A stretch of 24,000 nt of DNA from Syntrophomonadaceae bacterium (GTDB taxonomy: Bacteria > Bacillota > Syntrophomonadia > Syntrophomonadales > Syntrophomonadaceae): contig JAQWBP010000018.1 of assembly GCA_028706315.1 (NCBI GenBank), forward strand, positions 1 to 24,000. Direction: 5' to 3'. The notes under the pieces are model-generated. The model had not been told where the DNA came from, ran no database searches, and saw only the letters and a program-made list of their open reading frames with translations. Position 1 is the stretch's first letter. Each line of letters starts with the position of its first letter. The translations under genes and the position numbers were made by a program. This document shows positions 1-6,922 of the stretch, in pieces.

Positions 1-111
1 CGCCATCGGGGGCACCTTCTTAAAGGAGGAGAGCCAGACCTGGAAACGACCTCAAAAGTACTTTTACAGGAGTTTCGCAATGGCAAGTTAGGCCGAATAA
101 GCCTGGATTAA
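1..111 (+). CDS. rbgA: 3' end (partial) of a ribosome biogenesis GTPase A (RbgA/YlqF-like)
   Basis: Frame 1 is open from the window edge to TAA at 109-111. The translated tail RHRGHLLKGGEPDLETTSKVLLQEFRNGKLGRISLD resembles the conserved C-terminal ...(I/F)RxxK(L/F)GR(I/L)S(L/F)E tail of YlqF/RbgA proteins. Only 36 aa are visible. Confidence 0.5.
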   Translation, partial: RHRGHLLKGGEPDLETTSKVLLQEFRNGKLGRISLD

Positions 112-132
112 TTTAATAAAAGCTAATAAACT

Positions 133-171
133 GGCAGTAAGGAACTTGATAAATGCCTGCTGCCGTTTTTT
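133..171 (+). terminator. Putative rho-independent terminator after the rbgA-like gene
   Basis: GGCAGUA (133-139) pairs with UGCUGCC (158-164), including one G-U pair. It is followed by G plus six T (166-171). The loop is large (18 nt), so support is only moderate. Confidence 0.45.
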
Positions 172-339
172 GTGCCCTAATATGTCTATAACTTATAATT
201 AAAGCATTTATTGCTCTTGTATTACTGCGATCCCCACGGTTTCGTATGTTATAATAAATATAATTTTCCCATTGAGGTAATTATCTGGCACAGGAAGCTA
301 TTATATCAAACCCGAAAACATACGAGGAAGTGCTGCCAA

Positions 340-981
340 ATGACTCATCAACCCTTAACCCCGGCGCTGGAGGACTATATGGAGATTATCTACCAGCTGA
401 CAGAGGAAAATGGTACAGCTAAAATAAGTGATATAGCCCGGCGGATGGACATAGCCAAGCCTAGTGTAACCCAGGCTATTACAGCCTTGCGCCGAGAAGG
501 CATGGTTTACCAGGAGCGCTATGGACCAGTATTACTAACTCTTAAGGGGGAAAAGAGAGCCCGGGAGGTGTGGTACCGGCACAGGGTAATCAGGAGCTTT
601 CTTAGTGAAATATTAAAGGTTACTCCAGCAACAGCTGATCGGGATGCTTGTTTGATGGAGCATATTATTAGTCCCGAAACCTTTACCCAAATAGAAAAAT
701 GCTTACAAAAAAAACCTGATGAGAATACGAGCCCGACCGAAAAAAATCAGATAACGCTGGCAGAACTACTACCAGGACAAAAAGCTCGTATATTAAAGAT
801 TATAGGAAAGGAATCTTGGGCTAGGCAGCGATTGATGGAAATGGGGCTTGTTTCAGGAGCTGAGTTGAAAGTAGAACGTTTTGCTCCTTTGGGGGATCCT
901 ATAGAGATTAGTCTTCAGGGACAATATCTTAGTCTACGACGGGAGGAAGCATCTATGTTGTTAGTTGATCTGATAAAATAA
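340..981 (+). CDS. DtxR/MntR-family metal-dependent transcriptional repressor with a C-terminal FeoA (SH3-like) domain
   Basis: ATG at 340 (MTHQPLTPALEDYMEIIYQL...) follows GAGGAAG. The N-terminus matches the DtxR/MntR HTH plus dimerisation pattern (EDYxExIY, SVTQAIxxL, DACxxEH). The C-terminal ~75 aa (LLPGQKARILKI...MGLVSGAELKVERFAPLGDPIEI) is a FeoA-type domain. The 211 start in the ORF track adds 43 implausible residues. Confidence 0.85.
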   Translation: MTHQPLTPALEDYMEIIYQLTEENGTAKISDIARRMDIAKPSVTQAITALRREGMVYQERYGPVLLTLKGEKRAREVWYRHRVIRSFLSEILKVTPATADRDACLMEHIISPETFTQIEKCLQKKPDENTSPTEKNQITLAELLPGQKARILKIIGKESWARQRLMEMGLVSGAELKVERFAPLGDPIEISLQGQYLSLRREEASMLLVDLIK

Positions 982-1056
982 TTGCCTTTCTACTGTTTAT
1001 CAGTATTTTTAGCCTTAAACTATTGACAGCAGAAAACCATAGATATACACTAAAAA

Positions 1057-1071
1057 TGATAATGATTATCA
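1057..1071. promoter_or_regulatory. Fur box (perfect 7-1-7 inverted repeat TGATAATGATTATCA) in the feo promoter region
   Basis: This is an exact match to the classical Firmicute Fur 7-1-7 motif TGATAATnATTATCA. A TTGACA -35 hexamer lies at 1023-1028, so the box overlaps or lies just downstream of the likely -10/start region. It is upstream of an iron-uptake operon. Confidence 0.75.
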
Positions 1072-1109
1072 ATTTGAATCCTGGACGGGATTTTTTATTT
1101 ACTTAAAAT

Positions 1110-1125
1110 GTTAGGCTAAACTAAC
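1110..1125. promoter_or_regulatory. Candidate DtxR/IdeR-type operator (GTTAGGCTAAACTAAC)
   Basis: Inverted repeat GTTAG-N6-CTAAC. The extended 19-mer TTAGGCTAAACTAACAAAT matches about two thirds of the IdeR/DtxR iron-box consensus TTAGGTTAGCCTAACCTAA by eye. A DtxR-family gene is immediately upstream. Confidence 0.4.
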
Positions 1126-1179
1126 AAATATATTTACTATCGCGAATGTAACGGTGTAGATATTTTTTTTGTCCGTATA

Positions 1180-1195
1180 GTTAGGCATCGCTAAC
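1180..1195. promoter_or_regulatory. Second candidate DtxR/IdeR-type operator (GTTAGGCATCGCTAAC)
   Basis: It has the same GTTAGGC...CTAAC arms as the site at 1110-1125. It lies 70 bp downstream of that site and ~25 bp upstream of the first feo-operon start codon. Confidence 0.4.
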
Positions 1196-1217
1196 ATTAA
1201 AATAGGAGGAGACTTGT

Positions 1218-1397
1218 ATGGAAAAGTTGGTTGTAGGAATAATTCTGACTTTGGCAGTAATTTTTCTATTTAACCGGATACGTAAATTAGTTAAAGACCC
1301 AAACTATAAACCTTGTAGTGGCAATTGCAGTCAATGCGAGACTTACAAGGAACTGCAGATAGGAGAAAAAACTATCGCGAAAGAGAAAGAAGACTAA
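1218..1397 (+). CDS. FeoB-associated Cys-rich small membrane protein (59 aa, absent from the ORF track)
   Basis: AGGAGGA at 1204-1210 is followed by ATG at 1218. The translation is MEKLVVGIILTLAVIFLFNRIRKLVKDPNYKPCSGNCSQCETYKELQIGEKTIAKEKED. One N-terminal TM helix plus a CxxxCxxC cluster is the pattern of the FeoB-associated Cys-rich family. It sits directly upstream of feoAB. Confidence 0.6.
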   Translation: MEKLVVGIILTLAVIFLFNRIRKLVKDPNYKPCSGNCSQCETYKELQIGEKTIAKEKED

Positions 1398-1471
1398 CAA
1401 TCATCGCACATAAGGCAAGAGGCTAGTTTTACGGCAAATTCTTTTTTGAGACTATGCAGGAGGTGTTATAA

Positions 1472-1711
1472 GTGGTGAAGACATTAATTGAACTTAAACC
1501 TGGAGAGAAGGCCCGGGTTAAAAGAGTTACTGCGCAGGGAACAATTAGGCGCCGTATAGTTGACATGGGATTAGTGCCGGGCACAGAAATAGAAATGGAG
1601 CGGTATGCTCCTCTAGGTGACCCGGTAGAGCTCAAACTGAACGATTATCATCTTTCTCTGCGCAAGGCAGAGGCAGACACTATAATCTTAGAATCACTGG
1701 AGGAGATATAA
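1472..1711 (+). CDS. feoA: Ferrous iron transport protein A (FeoA)
   Basis: GTG start 8 nt after AGGAGG. The 79-aa product carries the FeoA signature (LKPGEKARVKRV...RRRIVDMGLVPGTEIEMERYAPLGDPVEL). Its stop lies 1 nt before the feoB start. Confidence 0.9.
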   Translation: MVKTLIELKPGEKARVKRVTAQGTIRRRIVDMGLVPGTEIEMERYAPLGDPVELKLNDYHLSLRKAEADTIILESLEEI

Positions 1712-1712
1712 C

Positions 1713-3845
1713 GTGGACAGGAAGAAACTTACAATTGCACTAACTGGTAACCCGAACTCGGGCAAGACTACTATTTTTAATAATCTCACCGGAGCTTGTC
1801 AGCATGTAGGTAACTATCCCGGAGTAACTGTGGAACGGAAGGAAGGCCGACTAAAATTTAAAGATTATGAAATAAAGGTTATCGATTTGCCTGGGACTTA
1901 TAGTTTAACTGCTTATTCACCCGATGAGGTTGTAGCTAGAAATGTTATCATCGAAGAAAAACCAAATCTGGTAGTTAACATAGTTGATGGTACTAATTTG
2001 GAACGTAATCTTTATCTGACCATGCAGCTTAAAGAGTTGGACATCCCTATGGTACTAGCGGTAAACATGGCAGATATGGCAGAAGCTAATGGACAAAGAA
2101 TAGATTATCCACTGTTGGCAGAACTACTGGGGATGCCGGTAGTTCGTACCATAGGAACCCGAAATGAAGGAACGGACGAGCTATTAACTAAGGTTATCGA
2201 TGTAACGGAAAAAGGCTTAGTAAGGACGAACAAACAGGTCAATTATGCTGTGGAGGTAGAAGATGCGATAAGCCGTCTTAAAGGATTCCTGCCGGAAGCT
2301 AAAGGTAACGGGATACAAATGGCTGCAGGTGCTGAAAGCATATCAACTTCAGATATTAACTATCCTGCGCGCTGGTTAGCGATAAAACTCTTAGAGGCTG
2401 ATTCTGAGATTATTAAAAAGGTTAAGACTATGCCTTATGGGGGTCCTTTATTAAAAGAAGCTGCGCTTTGTCGGGAAGATATTAGGGGGAAACTGGGAGA
2501 AGACTCGGAATTAGCTATCGTTGATGGACGTTATGCTTACATTCGCGGAGCTACCCGGGAGGCTATTAGTATTAATAAAATCGATCGAGTATCTCTTACG
2601 GAAAAAATAGACTGTGTACTTTTAAACCGGGTGTTAGGAATACCTATATTCCTGGGAACAATGTGGCTTTTATTTCAGTTAACATTTACACTGGGAGCAC
2701 CTATTATGGAATGGATAGAGGCTGGCTTCGGGGTTCTGGGAGAATGGGTCGGGGCCAATCTAAATGACGGCTTACTGAAGTCGCTGGTTGTTGATGGAAT
2801 GATTGGCGGGGTAGGAGGAGTAATCGTTTTCATGCCTAATATTCTGTTACTGTTTCTGGGTATTGCTTTTCTGGAGGGTACTGGCTATATGGCCAGGGCA
2901 GCCTTTGTGATGGATGAAGTTATGCATAAAGTAGGTCTTCATGGTAAATCATTTGTACCCATGTTAATTGGATTCGGATGTACTGTTCCGGCAGTTATGG
3001 CTACACGTACGCTTGAAAACCCTAAAGATAGGCTGGTAACTATGCTGGTAACTCCTTTAATGAGTTGTGGAGCACGCTTGCCGATATATACTTTGTTGAT
3101 TGGGGCCTTCTTCGCTCCGCAGGTAGCAGGTAATATTCTATTTTCTTTGTATCTTATTGGCATAATATTGGCTCTTATTATGGCTAAGGTTTTTCGTACC
3201 TGGTTATTGCCGGGTGAGTCTGAACCCTTTGTAATGGAACTGCCTAGTTATCGTTTACCCACTATAAAAGCTATATTATTACATATGTGGGAAAGAACCT
3301 GGTTATATCTTAAAAAGGCCGGAACTATCATTCTGGCAGCTTCTATCGTTATGTGGGCTTTATTTACCTTCCCTATGGTTGATCAATATGGTAATGAATT
3401 TTCTAGTTCTGAACAACAGGTGGAACAGAGCTATGCAGGCAGAATCGGTCATGCTATAGAGCCGGTTTTAAGTCCCATAGGTTTTGACTGGAAAACCGGG
3501 ACGGCTCTGATGGCGGGTTTAGCTGCTAAGGAAATAGTAGTAGCTACCATGGGAACTCTTTATAGTATAGAAGATGAAGAGGCTCTGGAGGAGAAAGAGA
3601 CAGCTACTGTAAAAACTTTTGCCGAGAGAGCCCGTGAACAATCAGGTTATACACCTTTTACCGCCTATATTTTAATGTTGTTTTGTTTAATATATGTTCC
3701 GTGTTTAGCTACTATTGCCGTGATTAAACGTGAAACTAACGGTTGGAAGTGGCCGCTGTTTACTATCGGCTATACTGTGCTCTTAGCCTGGGTAGTCTGT
3801 TTCATAGTATACCAGGGCGGCGTGTTGCTTGGATTCCAGGTTTAA
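1713..3845 (+). CDS. feoB: Ferrous iron transporter FeoB (N-terminal G domain plus membrane permease)
   Basis: GNPNSGKTT P-loop, DLPGTYS G3 motif and NMAD G4-like motif, followed by a polytopic membrane domain of typical FeoB length (710 aa). Confidence 0.97.
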   Translation: MDRKKLTIALTGNPNSGKTTIFNNLTGACQHVGNYPGVTVERKEGRLKFKDYEIKVIDLPGTYSLTAYSPDEVVARNVIIEEKPNLVVNIVDGTNLERNLYLTMQLKELDIPMVLAVNMADMAEANGQRIDYPLLAELLGMPVVRTIGTRNEGTDELLTKVIDVTEKGLVRTNKQVNYAVEVEDAISRLKGFLPEAKGNGIQMAAGAESISTSDINYPARWLAIKLLEADSEIIKKVKTMPYGGPLLKEAALCREDIRGKLGEDSELAIVDGRYAYIRGATREAISINKIDRVSLTEKIDCVLLNRVLGIPIFLGTMWLLFQLTFTLGAPIMEWIEAGFGVLGEWVGANLNDGLLKSLVVDGMIGGVGGVIVFMPNILLLFLGIAFLEGTGYMARAAFVMDEVMHKVGLHGKSFVPMLIGFGCTVPAVMATRTLENPKDRLVTMLVTPLMSCGARLPIYTLLIGAFFAPQVAGNILFSLYLIGIILALIMAKVFRTWLLPGESEPFVMELPSYRLPTIKAILLHMWERTWLYLKKAGTIILAASIVMWALFTFPMVDQYGNEFSSSEQQVEQSYAGRIGHAIEPVLSPIGFDWKTGTALMAGLAAKEIVVATMGTLYSIEDEEALEEKETATVKTFAERAREQSGYTPFTAYILMLFCLIYVPCLATIAVIKRETNGWKWPLFTIGYTVLLAWVVCFIVYQGGVLLGFQV

Positions 3846-3872
3846 TTCGTAAACCTTTTTCTTTTTTTATTA

Positions 3873-3909
3873 TCCCCCTTGTTTATTACGACAAGGGGGA
3901 TATTTTTTA
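3873..3909 (+). terminator. Rho-independent terminator of the feo operon
   Basis: Perfect 10-bp stem TCCCCCTTGT (3873-3882) / ACAAGGGGGA (3891-3900) with an 8-nt loop, followed by TATTTTTTA. Confidence 0.85.
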
Positions 3910-4175
3910 TACTCTTAATAAGAGTAGGTTGGGAATAAATTATTAAAATAGGCAGTTATTTGGATATATTTTCCGATTTTGCTTTCTGTCTTGTTGCTCC
4001 AATATTCGGGCATAACAGCAATTAATAAATAAGTATAAATAATATTTTGTATAAATTAATAATAAAAAAGCAGGATTATTATCAAGACCATAGAATATGT
4101 ATTAGGTATGATAATTATAAATCAAAAGTATATATTAAAGTTATACTTGTTGATTCATTAAGGGAGGTTATCTAA

Positions 4176-5246
4176 TTGGATAGTCGTAAGTGGTTTATTC
4201 TATTAACAGGTCTGGCAGTTGGGGCTATAGCTGCTATACTTGTTAAGCTGGGTAATCCAGCAAATATGGGCTTTTGTATTGCCTGTTTTGAGAGGGATAT
4301 TGCCGGGGCAATAGGATTGCACCGGGCGGGAATAGTACAGTACATGCGTCCCGAAATTATTGGCCTTATTCTTGGAGCTATGCTTACTTCCATGTTTGCT
4401 GGTGAATTTAAGACTCGTGGCGGGTCGGCCACCTTTGTTCGTTTTATTATGGGTGTTTTTATGATGATTGGTGCCCTGGTTTTCCTGGGCTGCCCACTGC
4501 GTGACATTTTGAGAATGGCCGGGGGCGATTTTAACGCCGTAGTAGCCCTCATAGGCTTTATATGCGGAGTTGGTGCCGGTGTATTTTTCTTAAAAAAGGG
4601 CTTTAACCTGGGTAGAGCTGAATTCAGTCATTCCAATGCTGGCGGTTATTTATTACCGATAATTTTTGTCTTTTTTCTGTTCCTGCTCATAAAAGGAACC
4701 GTATTTAATCCTGACGCAGGAGGCCCTTTATTTTTCAGTACTGAAGGCCCAGGATCAATGGCAGCCCCACTGGGGATAGCACTTCTAGCCGGTCTTGTGG
4801 TCGGTTTCCTGGCTCAGCGTACCCGTCTATGCCTGAGCGGCGGAATTAGAGATTTTATCTTAATCAAAGACAATTATTTATTATTAGGCTTTATTGGCAT
4901 ATTTATTGGTGCTTTAATTCTAAATATAATTTTTGGTTTCTTCAAACCTGGTTTTGCTGATCAACCAGTAGCTCATACTATGCAGGTATGGAATTTCCTT
5001 GGCTTATTCCTAGTTGGCTTAACTGCCACATTGCTAGGGGGATGCCCACTCCGCCAGTTAATCTTATCAGGCGAAGGCGATATGGATGCTGCATCAGTTG
5101 TTGCAGGTATGACAGTCGGTGCAGCCTTCTGTCATAACTTTATGTTGGCAGGAAGCCCTGCCGGGGTAGGTATTTATGGCCAAATCGCCTGTGTAGTAGG
5201 TATTATATTAATGGGCTGGATTGGTTGGAGCTTTAGAGAGGATTAG
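4176..5246 (+). CDS. YeeE/YedE-family inner-membrane sulfur/selenium-compound transporter
   Basis: TTG start 8 nt after AGGGAGG. The product is a polytopic membrane protein with the family's conserved Cys motifs (GFCIACFERD, LGCPLRD, RLCLSGGIRD, GGCPLRQ). A TusA-like gene follows 14 nt downstream. Confidence 0.85.
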   Translation: MDSRKWFILLTGLAVGAIAAILVKLGNPANMGFCIACFERDIAGAIGLHRAGIVQYMRPEIIGLILGAMLTSMFAGEFKTRGGSATFVRFIMGVFMMIGALVFLGCPLRDILRMAGGDFNAVVALIGFICGVGAGVFFLKKGFNLGRAEFSHSNAGGYLLPIIFVFFLFLLIKGTVFNPDAGGPLFFSTEGPGSMAAPLGIALLAGLVVGFLAQRTRLCLSGGIRDFILIKDNYLLLGFIGIFIGALILNIIFGFFKPGFADQPVAHTMQVWNFLGLFLVGLTATLLGGCPLRQLILSGEGDMDAASVVAGMTVGAAFCHNFMLAGSPAGVGIYGQIACVVGIILMGWIGWSFRED

Positions 5247-5260
5247 GAGGTATTACCAAT

Positions 5261-5470
5261 ATGGAAAAGGTTGATGTCAAAGGGCTAAGCTGTCCCATGC
5301 CTGTTCTTAAGACTAAGCAGGCTATTGACGGTGGAGCCAAAGAATTATTAATAGTAGGTACTAGTCAGGTATCCAAAGAAAATGTAAGTAAACTAGCTAA
5401 ATCTCAGGGTTTTAACGTGAATATAACTGTTGATCAGAAGGACTCCTGGGAAATGGAAATAAAAAAATAA
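5261..5470 (+). CDS. TusA/SirA-like sulfurtransferase (YeeD/YedF-type partner of the permease)
   Basis: The 69-aa product has the hallmark N-terminal GLSCPMPVLKTK (CPxP) motif. AGGAGG lies upstream. Confidence 0.85.
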   Translation: MEKVDVKGLSCPMPVLKTKQAIDGGAKELLIVGTSQVSKENVSKLAKSQGFNVNITVDQKDSWEMEIKK

Positions 5471-5533
5471 CAGCTGATGTATAATCTGACTTAGTAATTA
5501 AATCGAGACTAATAGTTAATTAAATGTTAAAAT

Positions 5534-5580
5534 AAGGAAGAGCCTGCTTTGAATGGCAAGGTTCTTCCTTGTTTTGTTTT
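5534..5580 (+). terminator. Rho-independent terminator after the permease/TusA pair
   Basis: 11-bp stem AAGGAAGAGCC (5534-5544) / GGTTCTTCCTT (5560-5570) with one G-U pair, followed by GTTTTGTTTT. The ORF-track ATG at 5553 lies inside this hairpin. Confidence 0.8.
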
Positions 5581-5633
5581 CATTATACTTATTCTTAATA
5601 AGCGAAAGCTTTATTAATACAGGGGTGAAGAAA

Positions 5634-6821
5634 GTGTTTAAACGCTTTAGCATCATAACTCTATTAATATTACTGGGGATATATGCGTCAATTAATTTAT
5701 ATGAGTATACTCACAGTAATACTATGCTACCGGTAACTAAACCTGATAATAAATCATCGATAAATGCTGCCCTAGCTCCAGAAAAGGAGATCATCACCTT
5801 AACTGCAGCTGGAGATTGCCTGATGCATAATACCCAAATCTGGTCAGGATTACAAGATGATGGGACTTACGCTTTCCCTTCGTTTTTTGCCCCGGTAAAA
5901 GATTTAATTAGCGAAGGGGATTATAGCTCGGTTAACTTCGAAACTCCTATGGCTGGTCCAGATTCGGGTTATACCGGGTATCCATTATTTAATAGCCCCG
6001 ACGCTATAGCAGATGATATCCGCGCTGCTGGCTTTGACCTGGTGATAACTGCCAATAATCATGCCCTGGACAGGGGCTGCCAGGGGGCTATCCGTACCCT
6101 GGAGGTATTACATAATGCTGGTCTGGATACGGTTGGAACGTATGAAAATGAAACTGCCAGCCACTCTTTTTTAATTAAAGACATTAGAGGGGTAAAAGTT
6201 GGTTATCTAGCTTATAGCTATGGCACTAACGGTCTACCTGTACCATCTGAGCATGCCTATTTATTTAATTTTCTTGATAAGAAAAAAATTCTAGCCGATA
6301 TGCAAGAGTTACGGCCACAGGTCGATATACTAGTGCTGGTCCTGCACTGGGGAGTTGAGTACCATCCTCAACCTACAAAGGAACAGCGCGCTATGTCTGT
6401 TGAATTTCTAGAGTCCGGGGCTGATGTTATTCTGGGCAGTCATCCCCACGTTATTCAGCCTATGGAAGTAATAAAAATTAACGGCAAAGACAAATTTGTT
6501 ATATATTCTATGGGTAATTTTATCAGCCACCAGATAGGCCAGGAGCGTAATAGTGGGATTGTTCTAAAAATCAAGTTCACCAAACATTTCGATTCTGGTG
6601 AAACATTTCTAGAAACAGTAAGTTATACCCCCACCTTCTCTCACTCTTATTATGAAAATGGGAAAAAGCAGTTCCGGGTAGTTCCTGTGGAAAACACCAT
6701 AGAAAAAATCGAGGCAGGAACAGAACCATATATGTCCAAAGCTGATCTGCCTGTATTGAAGGCAGTCTTAAAATCAACTAGGTCCCAATTAGGTGAAACT
6801 TTTCAGCGTCCAGCAGAATAA
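5634..6821 (+). CDS. CapA/PGA_cap-family membrane-anchored metallophosphoesterase (poly-gamma-glutamate capsule synthesis-like protein)
   Basis: The mature part carries CapA-family motifs (LTAAGDCLMH, ANNHALD, GSHPHV, MGNFIS) after one TM anchor. I prefer the in-frame GTG at 5634, preceded by AGGGGTGAAG. The 5553 ATG is buried in the upstream terminator. The start remains uncertain. Confidence 0.85.
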   Translation: MFKRFSIITLLILLGIYASINLYEYTHSNTMLPVTKPDNKSSINAALAPEKEIITLTAAGDCLMHNTQIWSGLQDDGTYAFPSFFAPVKDLISEGDYSSVNFETPMAGPDSGYTGYPLFNSPDAIADDIRAAGFDLVITANNHALDRGCQGAIRTLEVLHNAGLDTVGTYENETASHSFLIKDIRGVKVGYLAYSYGTNGLPVPSEHAYLFNFLDKKKILADMQELRPQVDILVLVLHWGVEYHPQPTKEQRAMSVEFLESGADVILGSHPHVIQPMEVIKINGKDKFVIYSMGNFISHQIGQERNSGIVLKIKFTKHFDSGETFLETVSYTPTFSHSYYENGKKQFRVVPVENTIEKIEAGTEPYMSKADLPVLKAVLKSTRSQLGETFQRPAE

Positions 6822-6922
6822 TACCTTAGTATGCCTATTAAAGCTATGCAAAAGACTTGCTTACTGAAGGTGGAATAATACATTTATGATAAATAATGTT
6901 AACATTAATGGGAGGTGATAGT

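Noticed and set aside
211-339. N-terminal extension of the DtxR-like ORF (TTG start at 211)
   Set aside because: The extra 43 residues (MLLYYCDPHGFVCYNKYNF...) are not part of the family and lie in promoter-like AT-rich DNA. ATG at 340 has an RBS and begins at the conserved N-terminus.
3743-3946. 67-aa + strand ORF overlapping the 3' end of feoB
   Set aside because: It is an alternative frame of feoB running through the terminator hairpin, with no RBS or family resemblance.
5553-5633. ATG at 5553 as the start of the CapA-like gene
   Set aside because: The codon sits inside the loop and right arm of the strong terminator hairpin at 5534-5580. In-frame GTG at 5634 has a GGGGTGA RBS and still leaves the TM anchor. 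The longer form cannot be fully excluded.
6896-6922. Upstream start of the sigma-54 activator ORF
   Set aside because: GGGAGGTG sits immediately before ATG at 6923. The 6896 start would place the RBS inside the coding sequence.
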